Below are positions 11,991 through 24,465 of a stretch of DNA of 64,000 nucleotides, one piece after another; positions within the stretch are counted from its first letter, which is position 1, and the number at the start of each line of letters is the position of its first letter. The stretch is from assembly GCF_018350175.1 (NCBI RefSeq), contig NC_058368.1, forward strand, positions 236,966,001 to 237,030,000. Direction: 5' to 3'. A program made the position numbers and the translations under genes. The notes beneath the pieces are model-generated. The model had not been told where the DNA came from. It searched no databases and saw only the letters and a list, made by a program, of their open reading frames with translations. This DNA is from Felis catus. Taxonomy: Eukaryota.

Positions 11991-14759
11991 GTTGCACCTC
12001 TGGGCAACTCTATGTTTAGAGTTATGAATGAACAGTTATACACGTTTATTGAAAGTAATCCTCAACGTGCTCTTAAACTAAGTAAGAGGACATAAACAGT
12101 CCCTCATGGGTCATCCTGTTTTGGGTGGGGAAGAGTTCATCCTAGCATCTTTATGCCCATGGAGGCCTTCCCTCATATTTATAGGGACTGGGGTTATTTT
12201 CAAACATCTTTAAGGTAGTTTAATTGGTTAATTCATTTCATTCATTGTTTGTATTTATGTGTTTGGTGTTCTAACAAAAGATGATACCATGTGTCCAGAA
12301 CACATAGATGTTGCCTTAAGCCATTTTGAATCAGGCCCGTTTTGGCTTTAGTTTCCGAAGCTAAGGGCCACCCAGCTTCAGAGCTTGCGGCCCCGACTTT
12401 GTGTCCCCAGGCGGAATTATTTGTATTGACTCTGGCCGCTCCCTTGCCTCTTGGAGATGACGACACACTTTGCACAGCTGACAATGGCTTCCGTACCCAC
12501 AGCCCCTCTGAGACGCGGACTGTTACATCAAAGGTCTGCAGTGCGCCGCCCTCCCTATAATATTTCAATTGAAACACCGCCTCACTGCAGCAATGTCACA
12601 TCTCATTTACACTGTGGCCTTTGTAGGAGACAGGGATCATTACGGGGCGAACACTGAAAAAAAAACAACACATTACAGCCGGCCAGGTAGAGGAAGGGAA
12701 GGAGACACAGCAGAGTGGCAGTGAGGGAAGCGGGGGGCTCCCCGGGATGGAAGGGGCCGTGGGCAGAGGGGACCCCGCCGCTCCCAGTTGTCAGGCTGGA
12801 TCCAGGAAAGCTGCTGATGCCCGTGGCACCACACCGCCCTCAGATGCAGCTCCCCCAGTCCTCTCCGGGTGCTGCAGAGAGGGCAACTCCCCTGTGCTCC
12901 CCGGGCAGAGATTACCCTCTTTCATGGCGATTCTGCGTTTCGTCTCTCACCTCCAGACTTCTGTGCACACGTGGGAGGTGCCCCATGAGGGCTGTGGGCA
13001 CTGCTCTTTCCCAGGCCCTGCCTTTCAGTCGCACTCATTGGTCTGGACAGACCGTCTGTCCAGGAAACGGGAATAATCTTTTGTTTGTTTGCTTTATTTG
13101 CTCTCCGGTCTCTGCCATTCACAGTCTAATAATTTCATTTTAAAAGGAACAACCGTCATGAACGTTTGCTTGGATTTAATCTCCAGCTAGAGTGGCTCCC
13201 TCCCGTTCTTCCTTTGTCCTCTCTCTTTCATCCGCTCTAGAATGGTTTTCCTTTCTCCCCCCTCCCCTCTCTTCTTCTGAATTGCAGACGCAGAAATGCC
13301 ACCAGGATGTGGCATAATTCCTTTAGGAAAAGTCCAGAAAGGTGTGTCATGGGGTCATGTGCCAAGTTCCTGGAGAGAGCGTGGCAGTGTGCAACCCTGG
13401 TAGGTAGCCAGGGTTATCTGTGGTCTGGACTGATGGATTTGTGGATATCGGGTTTATTTCCACAAAATCATAAGTAGTGAAGGGAAAAGAAAGTCACTCG
13501 TGACCCACAGCCTTCCAGCCGAGGTACATATTCAACTATCTAGGAATAAACACGGTGGAATAAACCCAGTCTATTTGCTGACCACATTTTTCACCCGTTC
13601 ACATATGGTAGGTTAATTCTCAGGTCCCCAGATGCTTCAGGGCCACCGTGCTGGCAGTTACAGAGCCCCCCACACAGGATGGGACAGGTCCCCACGGCGA
13701 GACCCAGGGGTGACATCCGATGCCCGGCGTCCTAGCTCTGCAAGCCCGAAGCCACCAGCAGGCCCTCCTGGCTGGCTGTGACAAGTCCATGTGTGGTTAT
13801 TTTGAACCACTTGTGTCGACTTTCAAGGGTCTAGAGCTCTGACGGATGGAGTCGCCAGAGGGAAAGTGGGGACAGCACTTCCATCCACCGCGGCACGGGT
13901 GCTGGGCCACCACACGCTGTACGTGGCCACCCACGGTCACCAGCCCGAGTCCTCCCCTCTGGCCACCGCTCTGCGTCCCTAGGACTCTCAGGGCGTCAAG
14001 AAGAGGGGCTCTCTGCAGCCACCCCTTCTCACCCCAGCCTCCCTCCCTCCCATCACTGCTCCCGTTTTCTTCTGTCTGAGAGCCCCGGGCAAACCCACGA
14101 TTCTGAAGAGGTCATTGCGCCCGTGAACCTGACTCTTCCCTGTGTGGTGGGCACACACGTCCCCAGGCTTCTCCCCCCGCAGCGCCTTCTCCCCTGGATT
14201 TGCCCTTGCCATCACCCCCTCCCATCCGGCTGCCCTCCTGACGAAAGGACACAAGCATCCTCTAAGAGAACAGTGATGTGCGTTTCTTTTGGGACTTTGA
14301 CCAGACTGGCGTGTTCCACGTTCAGAACACACGCCAAAGACACTTCGGTGTTAGGGCCCTGCGGTCTCTTCACCAAGAGCCCCTACTCCCCCTGCCCAGT
14401 TGCCGGGCTGGTCCCCGGCCTCCCAGTGTGAACATGCCTCCTCACCACGTGCAGCCTGCCTAGAGACTATAAAGAGGGGTCCCCGCTGGCCTCCTTCGTC
14501 TTCCCCGAGGCCCATCCAGGACGTGCCGGCTCCACCCCAGACTCTATCGCCTTCTGAGGAGGGGAAGCAGGGTTCGGTGACACCCAGGGGTGGCTGTGCA
14601 GGCAGGCACTGGTGTGGGGCGGAGGCTCCCGTGGATGGTGCACTCACCCTCGGGGCCGCGGCCACGGGGATGGGCTCCAGAGCAGTCCCCACCACTGAGA
14701 AGTCGGCCAGTGGGGGACACTCCCGAAAGGCCCTGGATCCACACTTAGAAATGAGAATC

Positions 14760-14932
14760 AGGAGGCAGAGAGAACACTGGTGCTGGACTCAGGAAGCTGG
14801 GCTCCAGGCTAATGACTGTTTCTAGGTGTCATTTCCTCAAAGACCGTTTCATCTCTCTGAGCCTCATTTATCTGTTCACGTTAAAGGGTTGGAGGGGACC
14901 ATCTTTGTTGCCCTGACCAGATCTGAAATCTG
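14760..14932 (+). mobile_element. MIR-family relic
   Basis: TCATCTCTCTGAGCCTCATTTATCTG..AAAGGGTTGGA core-like sequence. Confidence 0.55.
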
Positions 14933-15079
14933 CGTTCATAACTTCAGTTACGATGAAAGGCCTCCGTCTCTCCAAGGAAGGCACGATGACAGAGGACCGA
15001 GGCCAAGCCCTGGGGACCGGCCGGTCACCTGGGGCCACGGTAGCCACGGCGGGAGCAGAGGAAGCTCATCTTCACGTCT

Positions 15080-15393
15080 GAGAGCCGAGGGCGGTGTGGT
15101 AGGCCCCTGTCCCCTTTGCACCTGCTCCAGGCCTCCTCCCGGCTTCTCATGGGTCCTCGGCCGTGACTGTGGGCTCCCACCTTCACGGGGCACCTCCCTG
15201 CATAGACGTCTGTCTCTAAACATCCCTGCCGGTAAGGACACCAACGAACCTGGACTGAGGTGCACCTTCCCCTTGTATGACCACGTCTTAACTGGTTGCG
15301 TCTGCAACAGCCTGATTTCCAGATCAGGTCATGTATTCTGAGGTCCTGGACGCTAGAAAATCTTCATCCTATCTCTGAGGGACACGATTCAAC
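15080..15393 (-). mobile_element. MLT1-type MaLR LTR fragment
   Basis: TAAGGACACCA, TGACCACGTCTTAACT, TCTGCAACAGCCTGATTTCCAGAT..ATTCTGAGGT..GGGACACGATTCAAC. Confidence 0.75.
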
Positions 15394-17079
15394 AGGGAGC
15401 CTGTTGGGGAACAGCCTGTGGGGATAACACGTCCCCCTTAGTAAGCCCGCTCAAGGCTCTACAGGGCGGCAGAGCATGGAAGGCGCTGGAGGGGTTGCCT
15501 CTGGGCCCGTGCTGGGAGGAGAGAGATTAGCTGTCCCCCCACAGCACAACTCCTGAGCCACCCTTGGCGAGAGGCAAATCACCTAAATAAAGGGCGGCCT
15601 GGTGGCGCTGAAACAGTGCATTTATCGTGCATTGAGGCGTTAGCCTCTATGGAGGAGCTCAGGTCAAAGGCATTAACATGTCAGCATATTAGAATGCGTT
15701 CTGAGTTCAGTATCAGGTATGGAAAAGCATCAGTCTGAATATTTTAAAGCTTTCTTTCCTTTTCTTTTTGTGAAAATCCACCGTCTTCAAAAACACAGAT
15801 CGCACGAATCACCTTAAAAGGGGGATTTCGATTTCCCACGTGCAGCTCACATCACAAGCAAGCTGAAACACCCATGTTCTTGATTGAGTTCTTAGACCTT
15901 GGCGTCTGTCTTTCCTGAGAATCATACTCAAATCCCTGCACACGAAAGGTTTAGACTTTCATTTTCAATTATTCATGAAATGTGCAGAAACACGGTCCAA
16001 TGCACATTTGAGCAAAATTTGCTAATGCCTGTGAACAAATCATAAACACCTCACCGGGGGGCCTGGGCCGCAAGCCTCCCTTCCGGTAGGTGTGTTGTTA
16101 CAGTCTGCCGTTGCTAAACAGACAGCGGGCCCAAGGTGACAGGTGCCCGGCACCCAGACTCGGGGAGGGCTCAGCGGTGACGTCCCTCCTGTCTCCACCC
16201 AGGGGGCATTGCCTCCAGCACTCTTCACAGTCTTGACACTAACACGGGTTCTTCTGTGCCGAAGAGGCAACGTTGCAAAGTGGCATATTTCGGCGCTGGG
16301 CCACGGATAAAGCTTTGCTTCCCATATGACCCCACACAGGACCTGCTTTGGTGTGATTCGTCTGGCCACTAGCTCACCATTAGCGGTAACCACCAGAGAC
16401 CCCAACTCCTGCGGGATGGGAGGTAGAGGGCCCACTCACAGGGATGGTCTGAGGTATCGCTCTCGAGAGCGCATCAGATTGTATGAGACACTCAGGGAGA
16501 AGGAAAAGAAAAACGTCATGACACCAGAAGGGCATGAACTTGAACGTGGCACCCGCACAAGGGGAACGTGGGAAGTGTTCAGACGTAATAACTGACGGGC
16601 ATAAGTTACATCAGAGCTCATCCCGTTAGCTTTGGAAGACACTTATTCTCATGAGTTAGCGTGCGTCCTTCCAGGTTCTGAGGATACGGAACATGCCAGA
16701 CAAACGTCTGCCCCCCCGGGGGTTCTATTCCAGTGGAGGGAGGTGGGCAAGCAAATCGCAGTACGTCAGGGAATGATCAGTGATGGGAAAACACAGAGTA
16801 AGGTGGAGAGCAAGACCTCTCGAGAAAGTGGCATTTGGGCAGGGGTCTGGAGAAGGGAAGGCGTGGTCCACACCACATTCAGCTAACCGTGCAATTCAGG
16901 CAGAGGGAGGACCGGTGCTCTGGGCAGGGTCTTGGCAAGTTTGGAGGTGGTGCTGTGGGAGCCGAGCGAGAGAAGGGGCAACAATGGGTGACACAGGCCA
17001 GAAAGGAAGTGGGGGCCGTGTCCCCATGTGAAGAGACAGGAGGTCCTGTCAGCGGAGTACATAGTCTGTTATCTGGTGG

Positions 17080-18235
17080 CCGACTTTTTCATGCAAAATT
17101 ATGTCTCTGAGACTTGTCTGTGCTGTTGTGCAGGGCTGTATCCCGTTGTCTTTGTATTGCCGTCTGTGTTCCATCGTGTGGCAACGCCACAGTCTACCTA
17201 TTCTGCTGCTGGCAGATGTGTGGATGGTTTCCAGCTGTGCCTGTTGGGAATAACGCCGCCATGAACATCGCCTGCGTCTTTTGTCGCGAGCCCATTTTCA
17301 TTTGGGCTCAGTATGGACGCAGAGGCGGATACAGGATGTGCACATTCAGCTCCGGTGCACTCTGATGCCTTCTCCGCCAGCAGCATGTGATTTCCTTTTC
17401 ATGGCTCCATATTCTCAACAACCCTTGGTATCGCGAGTCTTGGGAAACGTGAGCATTCTGACGGGAGTAGTGCTAACTCGGTACGGCTTTCTTAGGAAAT
17501 AAATATAAGCGGAAGCACCTTTTAAAACATTCTGCTGGCCATTCCGCCATCCTATTTTGTCTGGTATCTTTTAAATCTCTTGATTAATCCACTATTTGAT
17601 TGCCTCTCCTTTTTTGATCTGTAGAAAATTTTTGTATGTTCTGAATACAAGCCCTTTAGCTGGTGTTTTTGATGCAAATATCTTCTCTCTCTTTCTTTTC
17701 CCGGCTCCCTTCTTCTCTCTCTCTCTCTTTCTCTCTCTCTGTGGTTGCTTTTAATTCTTTTGATAAACAATAATATTAAATTTCAAGCTGGTGCAGCTTA
17801 TCAGTGTTTTCTTCCACAGATATGGTGTATGTTTTTTCCTTATCCCCACCTCACAAATTTATGTTTCTATGTCACCTCCTAATTATTTTTACCTTACACT
17901 TTTATGATCTGAAACAAGTAAAAAATAACTTACAAATATGGCAAGATGTTAGTCTAACTCGCCAAATTATACACATCACAACACACATGCATACATTCTG
18001 CTGGAACTTTTTTATTAGAAATGCAATAAGTCTATAGATTCATTTGTGGAGAACTTACATATTAATACTAGTTAGTCTTCCAATCTATGAACATGGTATG
18101 CATTTCAATGTAGTTTTATTTTCTTATATTTTTATCAAAGCTATAAAACTATATTTTTTTGGGAGAAGAATTAAGTATTTTTTGTTATATTTCTGGGTAT
18201 ATGATGTGCTTGATGCTATTGTAAATACTATTTTC
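17080..18235 (-). mobile_element. Ancient LINE-1 (L1ME-like) 3' region
   Basis: TGGATGGTTTCCAG..AATAACGCCGCCATGAACATC and AGTCTTCCAATCTATGAACATGGTATGC. Confidence 0.7.
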
Positions 18236-18239
18236 TTTA

Positions 18240-18443
18240 AAAAATTATTAATTTATTTCGAGGGACAGAGAGAGCACAAGTCGGGGAGAAGCAGAGAAAG
18301 AGAGAGAGACAGAGACTCCCAAGCAGGCCCTGTGTTGTCAGCACAGAGCCTGACGTGGGGCTTGAACTCACGAACCATGAGATCATGACCTGAGCTGAAA
18401 TTGAAAGTCAGAGGCTTAACTGACTGAGCCACCCAGGTGTCCC
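18240..18443 (-). mobile_element. Can-SINE
   Basis: Reverse-complement SINEC flanked by TGTAA(A/G)TACTATTT TSD. Confidence 0.95.
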
Positions 18444-18559
18444 TTGTAAGTACTATTTGACATGAAATTCTATCGATATTTGGTGTAGTGTCGATAAAAT
18501 CAGTATCGATAATTGGTATAATTTTGAATATCACCTTGATTATTCTCTGACAGCACACT

Positions 18560-19150
18560 GTGAGAGGCCAAGGTGGCCAGCTGGGATATTACTTCTAGAA
18601 CTTCAACAAGACATGACAAGGGAGAAGTAGTTGAAATCTGGATATAGCTTGAATATAGAAAGGGCAGAATCTTATCTTGAGTTACCTATGGGGATGGGAT
18701 GGGGTTCAGTTTGGACTCTAAGATCTTGATTCAAGAAATTGAAGAATGTAGCTATATTTTACCAAGTTGGGGAAGAATATGGGATAAGAAGGTTTGAGAT
18801 AAATATTAAGTGAGTTTTAAGACAAGATCGAGATGTTTCTTAGACATCTAAATGGAAATGCTGAGAAGGCAGTGAATTTACAGGACTATAGATCAGGAGA
18901 GGAGTCTGGTTTGGAGGTATAATCTGTGAATCATCAGTATATAAGTGATGCATTACAATAGACAGGTGGGTATTACCATCAAGAAAATAAAAATAAGAGG
19001 GACAGTGAGGTAAAAGAAATGAGTGTAATTTTCCAAGACCTCAGTGAAGAGAGTGCTTTTACAAAAGGGGAATGAGCAACTATCATCAACAGTTCAGATA
19101 AAGTGAGATCAGAGAATTGCCCACTGTTTTGTGGCAAACATTGCTCATTA
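18560..19150 (-). mobile_element. LINE-2 fragment
   Basis: GAGATGTTTCTTAGACATCTAAATGGAAATGCTGAGAAGGCAG and TCAGGAGAGGAGTCTGG..GGAGGTATAA..TCATCAGTATAT are typical antisense L2. Confidence 0.75.
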
Positions 19151-19539
19151 GTGACTCAACATCAATTCCTTTCTTCTCTTCTGAAACTGATTCTGTTTGG
19201 GTGCCATGTACCTGACTTTGAAAGATGATGCATGATTGGCTTTTCCCCTTTGCCAGTGACAGTCAGGGGCCAAGCTCTGGTAAGAGATATAAGAGGACAT
19301 ATGTTAGAGGACCTGGGAGAAAGCTTCTTTTTTGATGGAAAGGAGACGTATGAGGAGTCATCCCTGACATGGCTACGCATCTCGCTCCCTCCTTCAGGCG
19401 CTGTCATGTCAGTGAACAATGGTTTCATCTTGATCTACTCAAAATCAAACAACCCGTCTCTAATTCCCGGGCTCCAGGAGAAATCACAATGGAGCTATGA
19501 AGAGGCATACAAAAATTGTACATTGAAAAAATAGTAAAT

Positions 19540-19712
19540 CGTAATGAAAAGTACAACTTAGGGAATGCAGCCAAATAATATTGTAATAACTTTGTATGAT
19601 GACAGATAGTAACCACACTTATGGTGGGCATTGCATAATGTATAGAACTGTCAGCCATCATGTTATACACCTGAGACTACTATAACTTTGTATGTTAACA
19701 ATAATAAACAAA
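19540..19712 (+). mobile_element. 5'-truncated LINE-1 3' end (carnivore/L1MA-type)
   Basis: AATAATATTGTAATAACTTTGTATG..TGTTATACACCTGAGACTA..TGTATGTTAAC..AATAAA. Confidence 0.8.
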
Positions 19713-19894
19713 AGTAGAAGATAGTAGTAGTAAGTAAACAGTAAATCTAACTTTCAATAATTTTGATACTAAAAAAAATAGTAAATCAAATTTAGCAGAA
19801 AAGGTTGAAACAAAATTCAACACTCCTTAGGGAAAGGTAACATAAAGCAGAGTCTCTACAATGTATGATATAGAAACTCCAGATGCATTTAAAA

Positions 19895-19895
<1 letters not shown>

Positions 19896-19931
<36 letters not shown>
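19896..19931. repeat. (CA)n microsatellite
   Basis: Perfect CA run. Confidence 0.97.
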
Positions 19932-19934
<3 letters not shown>

Positions 19935-20191
19935 CAAGAAAAAGTGACATGGACTCAAGAGATAAAATAATCCATAGAAGAAGTTCAAGACCTAAGTCAA
20001 AAATAATTATTAGTGGATAAGGATACCAACATAATTATGAATAATATGTGAAATAGAATACAGAATAATACAGACAAATGAAAAAACAAGAGTGAGCACA
20101 AGTAATCAAATAGGCATTCTAGAACTACAATGTACATTATTTTTTTAAATTTTTTTAAATGTTGAGTTAACTTAAAAGTTACAGCAGAAGA

Positions 20192-20440
20192 GGGACACCT
20201 GGGAGGCTCAGTCAGCTAAGCATCTGACTACTGATTTTGACTCAGTCGTGATCCCGCAGTCTGTGAGTTCGAGACCCACATGAGGCTCTGCGCTGACAGC
20301 ATGGAGTCTGCTTGGGATTCTCTCTATCCTTTGCTCTCTGTCCCTCCCCCCTCCTCTCTCTCAAAAATGAATAAATAAACCTAAAAATTCTTTTAAGAGA
20401 TGCTAGTGGTGCTACAATACAATAAAATGACATTTAAAAA
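20192..20440 (+). mobile_element. Can-SINE with extra 3' sequence
   Basis: SINE body to about 20387; 17/18-bp direct repeat AAAAGTTA(C/A)AGCAGAAGA at 20174-20191 and 20441-20458. Confidence 0.9.
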
Positions 20441-21898
20441 AAAAGTTAAAGCAGAAGACAGAATTTGTAAACTGGAGGTCAGTCTATAGTGTCCAAACTC
20501 AAGTACAAAAATCAGAAACAATGGAAAAGATAGAATCAAAGATAAGAGAGAGAAGAGCAAGATCTGAGGGAGAGAACGAAACAGAAGCAACATTGAAGAA
20601 ATAACAACCCAGAACTTTCCAAAAGATAAAAAGCATTGACTCATAGCTTTAAAAAATCAGCAAACTCAAAGCAAGATGTGGAGAAAATGGAAATGAACCA
20701 TATCATTGTCCAACTATTTAACATCAAAGACAAAGGATTACTGTGTGCAGCTGATGTGGAGGGGGCATCCATGAATTTGGGGTCAACATACAGGAGACAA
20801 GCAGATGACCTCATAAAGCTCTGAAATTCTATACCCAGTGAAAATAGCACTCAAAGATTCAAGGGAAATAAAGATGAGCTGAGAGCATGTGTTTCCATCT
20901 GATTTCACACGATTACAAATATTTAAGAAACTTTTTCAGGAGCAAAAAATATATACATATGAGAAAATATATTGAAAAAGAAACATATAATTAAAGAAGA
21001 TATTGGCTGTTTACAATGAAAGTAGTAACAATGTCTCAGGGGGTTATAACATAGAAATGAAATATGTGACAATAAGAATAAAAAGGCAGTGGTGTGAAAT
21101 TTAATTAAGTTGCTTTAAATATTTCCAGTATTTGAAATCTAGACATAAATTAAGGTAGGCAACAATAGATTAAGTACATATTTAAATTTTTTTGGAGGTA
21201 ACTATTACTGAAAGAATGACACTGAACATGAAGCAGAGAAATATAATGAAGCAAGGAAAATAAAATAACATAATACTTGGTTAATTAAAAAACACATTTG
21301 GTGGTATATATAGAAATAATACATAATTACCAAGTAGCATTAATCTTTGGGATGTGCCGACGATTTGACATTAGAAAATGTATCAAACTGATTCATCCAT
21401 ATTAATATATTAAGAGAGAAAAAAGGAAAACATACAATCACATGAAAGGCAGGGAAATACCACAAATTTCAATATTATTCAAGAAAAAGAAATGTTCAAG
21501 AACTAAGTAGATGCCCTCATTCCAGTAAAACCATCCACCGAAAGTCTAGAGTCAAAATCCCTCTTAATGAAAGATCAGGAGACTTTTGTTAAATGGGAAG
21601 AAATCAAGGTAGCCTGTTAGTTTCACTTGTGCCGTTTTTTTATCTCACCTGTTTTACTGTCCCCAAACCGAAGACACAATAGAAGGAAAGAGAAACATCA
21701 TAAATAGGCACTGGTAATGATGAGACACTGTTTCCTTATTTGTAGAAGATTCAATTATCTAAACCGAAAGTCCAAAGAGACTAACAAACACTCATGAACT
21801 ACTGTATGAGAGACTTCATCGAGATTGCTGGTTCAGAAACAGCATAACAACAAACACAGTGGTCACATTCACTCCCTGCAAGTTAAAGACCCACATTT

Positions 21899-22108
21899 AA
21901 ATTTGTTTATGTTTTTTATTTTATTTTTGAGAGAGAGAGGGTGCCAGTGGAGGAGGGCCAGAGACACAGGGAGACACAGAATCGGAGGCAGGCTCCAGGT
22001 TCTGAGCTGTCAGCACAGAGCCCGAAATGGGGCCCGAACTCACAAACCATGAGATCATGACTTGAGCCGCAGTCAGCCGCTTAACCGACTGAGCCATCCA
22101 GACGCCCC
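21899..22108 (-). mobile_element. Can-SINE
   Basis: Reverse-complement SINEC; perfect TSD AAAGACCCACATTT (21885-21898, 22109-22122). Confidence 0.96.
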
Positions 22109-23609
22109 AAAGACCCACATTTTATAGCAGCAACAAAACTCCAAGTCTCTGGGAACAAGTCTGTCACAATAGGACTAAGGGACTTTGTGGGACAACTTAC
22201 AGAGGTGTATGGACGTGTGTCAGCTGTGCCCTCACCTCGGGGGTGTCTGAGTTCTGTGGGAGGAGAACAGAAAACGTTACTGACAGAAAACATCACCAGC
22301 AAGGCAGGTATTCGCTGTTTCCGAATTGGGGACTGAATGGGACGTGTCCCCACGCTGCCCGGGCTGAGCATCACCTCGGCCTTCTTTCTGTCTCAACCTT
22401 CTGTTCCAGAAAATGGTGACAATCGCATCGTCCAGAGTAAAAGCATGATGATACACAAAACACGCCTACTTCGGTGCTGACCTTCTGGAAGTGTTAGCGG
22501 CTCTCACCAATCCTGCTTGAGCTGCAATCAGTCCTCAGTCCGTGCTCAAAATCAGGTGCATTCTTTTCTTACCTCGGAAGAAAAGGTTCCAAGTTCCCCC
22601 GGAAACATAACACGAGGCGTCGGCAAGAAAATGTTGACAAATGAGAGTGACGAGTGAGTCCTTGTCACTCATGATTGGCTGGCGTTGCCTATGGAACAGC
22701 TCACCGACGTGCTGACGGTCAGTGGGACAGAGCAGACTCCAAGGCGGACCCTCATGTGGTGCAGTAACTCGTTGTATGGCCCAAAATGCAGCAAGCACCC
22801 TGAGGAAGGAAACGTCATCCAGAAAATAATTTCCAGAAATAAGTATTTGGGGAAAAACATGACAGAAACTCAAATTACAACCTTTGAAAAAATATCCTTC
22901 AAACAGATGAAACAATTACTGTACAGAACGGATTTTGTTTTCTTTATCTGATCTGAGGAATAAGAAAGTGAAACACATTTAACGATGGAAGAGCTCAAAG
23001 GTCATGGCATCCAAAACGCCTGAAATGGAGAAAAAAAGATGTAATCTCTCTGTCAGAAAATTATTTTAAACACCTAATTTCTGCTAAAAGTCAGCGAACA
23101 GAAAGCACCAGCAATAGAAACAGAAGAAATGGAAACACCCAATAAAGTTGTGACATCATTGGCCAACGTGATTGTATCCACGTCCAAGGAAGGCTGAATC
23201 AGCAAGTTTCGTCTGGTCCCTTGGTGTCCTACAGGCAGCGCTGAGTTCTACCCAGAAGAGCCTGAGCCTCCTCTTTCAAAATTTCAGTGGAATTTTAAAA
23301 TTTGGCAGGGATTTTCTGTAGAGCATTTTGACGATGTGTGTGAGAGTTTTAGCATGTGCACACAATTAAGGCCAGCGATTCCACTGAAGGGGTGTCTCCC
23401 AGGGAAACTTTGGGGTGCAGTCAGTATTCTAAGCTGAGATCATGGTTTTGGCCATGTTTGCAAGAGGGAAGCACGCATCTGTCCAAATTTCCCAGGACAG
23501 AGAAACTTAAATGTGGGAGAGTATATTGGAAAAAAAAAAGGAGATGCTCATAACAATTGCAATTTGAATGTGTTCAAGAGACATCTCTGCATTTAGAAAA
23601 ATAGGAAGT

Positions 23610-23808
23610 GGGGTGCCTGGGTGGTTTACTCAGTTGACCGTCCGACTTTGGCTCAGGTCACGATCTCGTGGTCCGTGGGTTCCAGCCCCGCGTCGGGCTC
23701 TGTGCCGACAGCTCCGAGCCTGGAGCCCGCTTCGGATTCTGTGTCTCCCTCTCTCTCTGTCCCTCCCCCACTCACACTCTGTCTCTCTCAAAAATAAATA
23801 AATGTTAA
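23610..23808 (+). mobile_element. Can-SINE (SINEC_Fc)
   Basis: GGGGTGCCTGGGTGG..GGCTCAGGTCACGATCTCG..(CT)n..AAAAATAAATAAA. Confidence 0.96.
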
Positions 23809-23819
23809 CATTTTAGAAG

Positions 23820-24096
23820 AATAAAAAGGGATGGGGGAAGGGAAGGGGAAAATAGTTACAAACAGAGAGGGAGGGAGGCAAACCATAAGAGACTCTGAAA
23901 TACAGAGAACAAACTGAGTGTTGATTGGTGGGGGGGGAGGGGAAAGTGGGGGTGGGCATCGAGGAGGGCACTTGTTGGGATGGGCACTGGGTGTTGTATG
24001 GAAGTGATGAATCGTGGGAATCTACTCCCAAAGCCAAGAGCACACTGGATACACTGCGTGTTAGCCAACTTGACAATAAATTATATTAAAGAAAAG
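23820..24096 (+). mobile_element. Feline LINE-1 (L1_Fc-like) 3' UTR, 5'-truncated
   Basis: GGGAGGCAAACCATAAGAGACTCT..ACAGAGAACAAACTGAG..GAGGAGGGCACTTGTTGGGATG..GTTAGCCAACTTGACAATAAATTATATT. Confidence 0.9.
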
Positions 24097-24242
24097 ACTA
24101 AGAAGGTATGTTTCAAACTTTAAATATGTTTCCCTCTGAGAGATGCTCCTCCATTTTACAAGACTCGTAATTTTATAATTTAATAAATATTATTATAATG
24201 TCTTAAATTGACTTTTTACTTTAAAAATAAACATTGTATTTC

Positions 24243-24465
24243 TTTTTTTTTCTTTATTTTTTAATGTTTATTTTTAAGAGAGAGAGGGAGATAGAACACG
24301 TGAATTGGGGAGGGATGGAGAGAAGGGGGGACACGGAATCTGAAGCAGGCTCCAGGCTCTGAGCTGTCAGCACAGAGCCTGAAGTGGGGCTCCAACCCAC
24401 CAACTGCAAGATTGTCACCTGAGCTGAAGTCAGACCCTCAACTAAGTGAGCCACCCGGGTGCCCC
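24243..24465 (-). mobile_element. Can-SINE
   Basis: Full-length reverse-complement SINEC. Confidence 0.95.

Larger units (their letters stand above)
19960..23600 (+). mobile_element. Highly degraded ancient LINE-1 (ORF1, inter-ORF, ORF2 and 3' remnants), interrupted by SINEs
   Basis: ORF1-like GAAGAAATAACAACCCAGAACTTTCCAAAA and AATTCTATACCCAGTGAAAATAGC; ORF2-like TTATTTGTAGAAGATTCAATTATCT..GAAAGTCCAAAGAGACT; A-rich strand bias. Boundaries approximate; may be several elements. Confidence 0.6.

Noticed and set aside
15592..15611. CTCF-like motif GGGCGGCCTGGTGGCGCTG
   Set aside because: Mismatches at highly informative core positions; cannot be supported without a PWM scan or ChIP data
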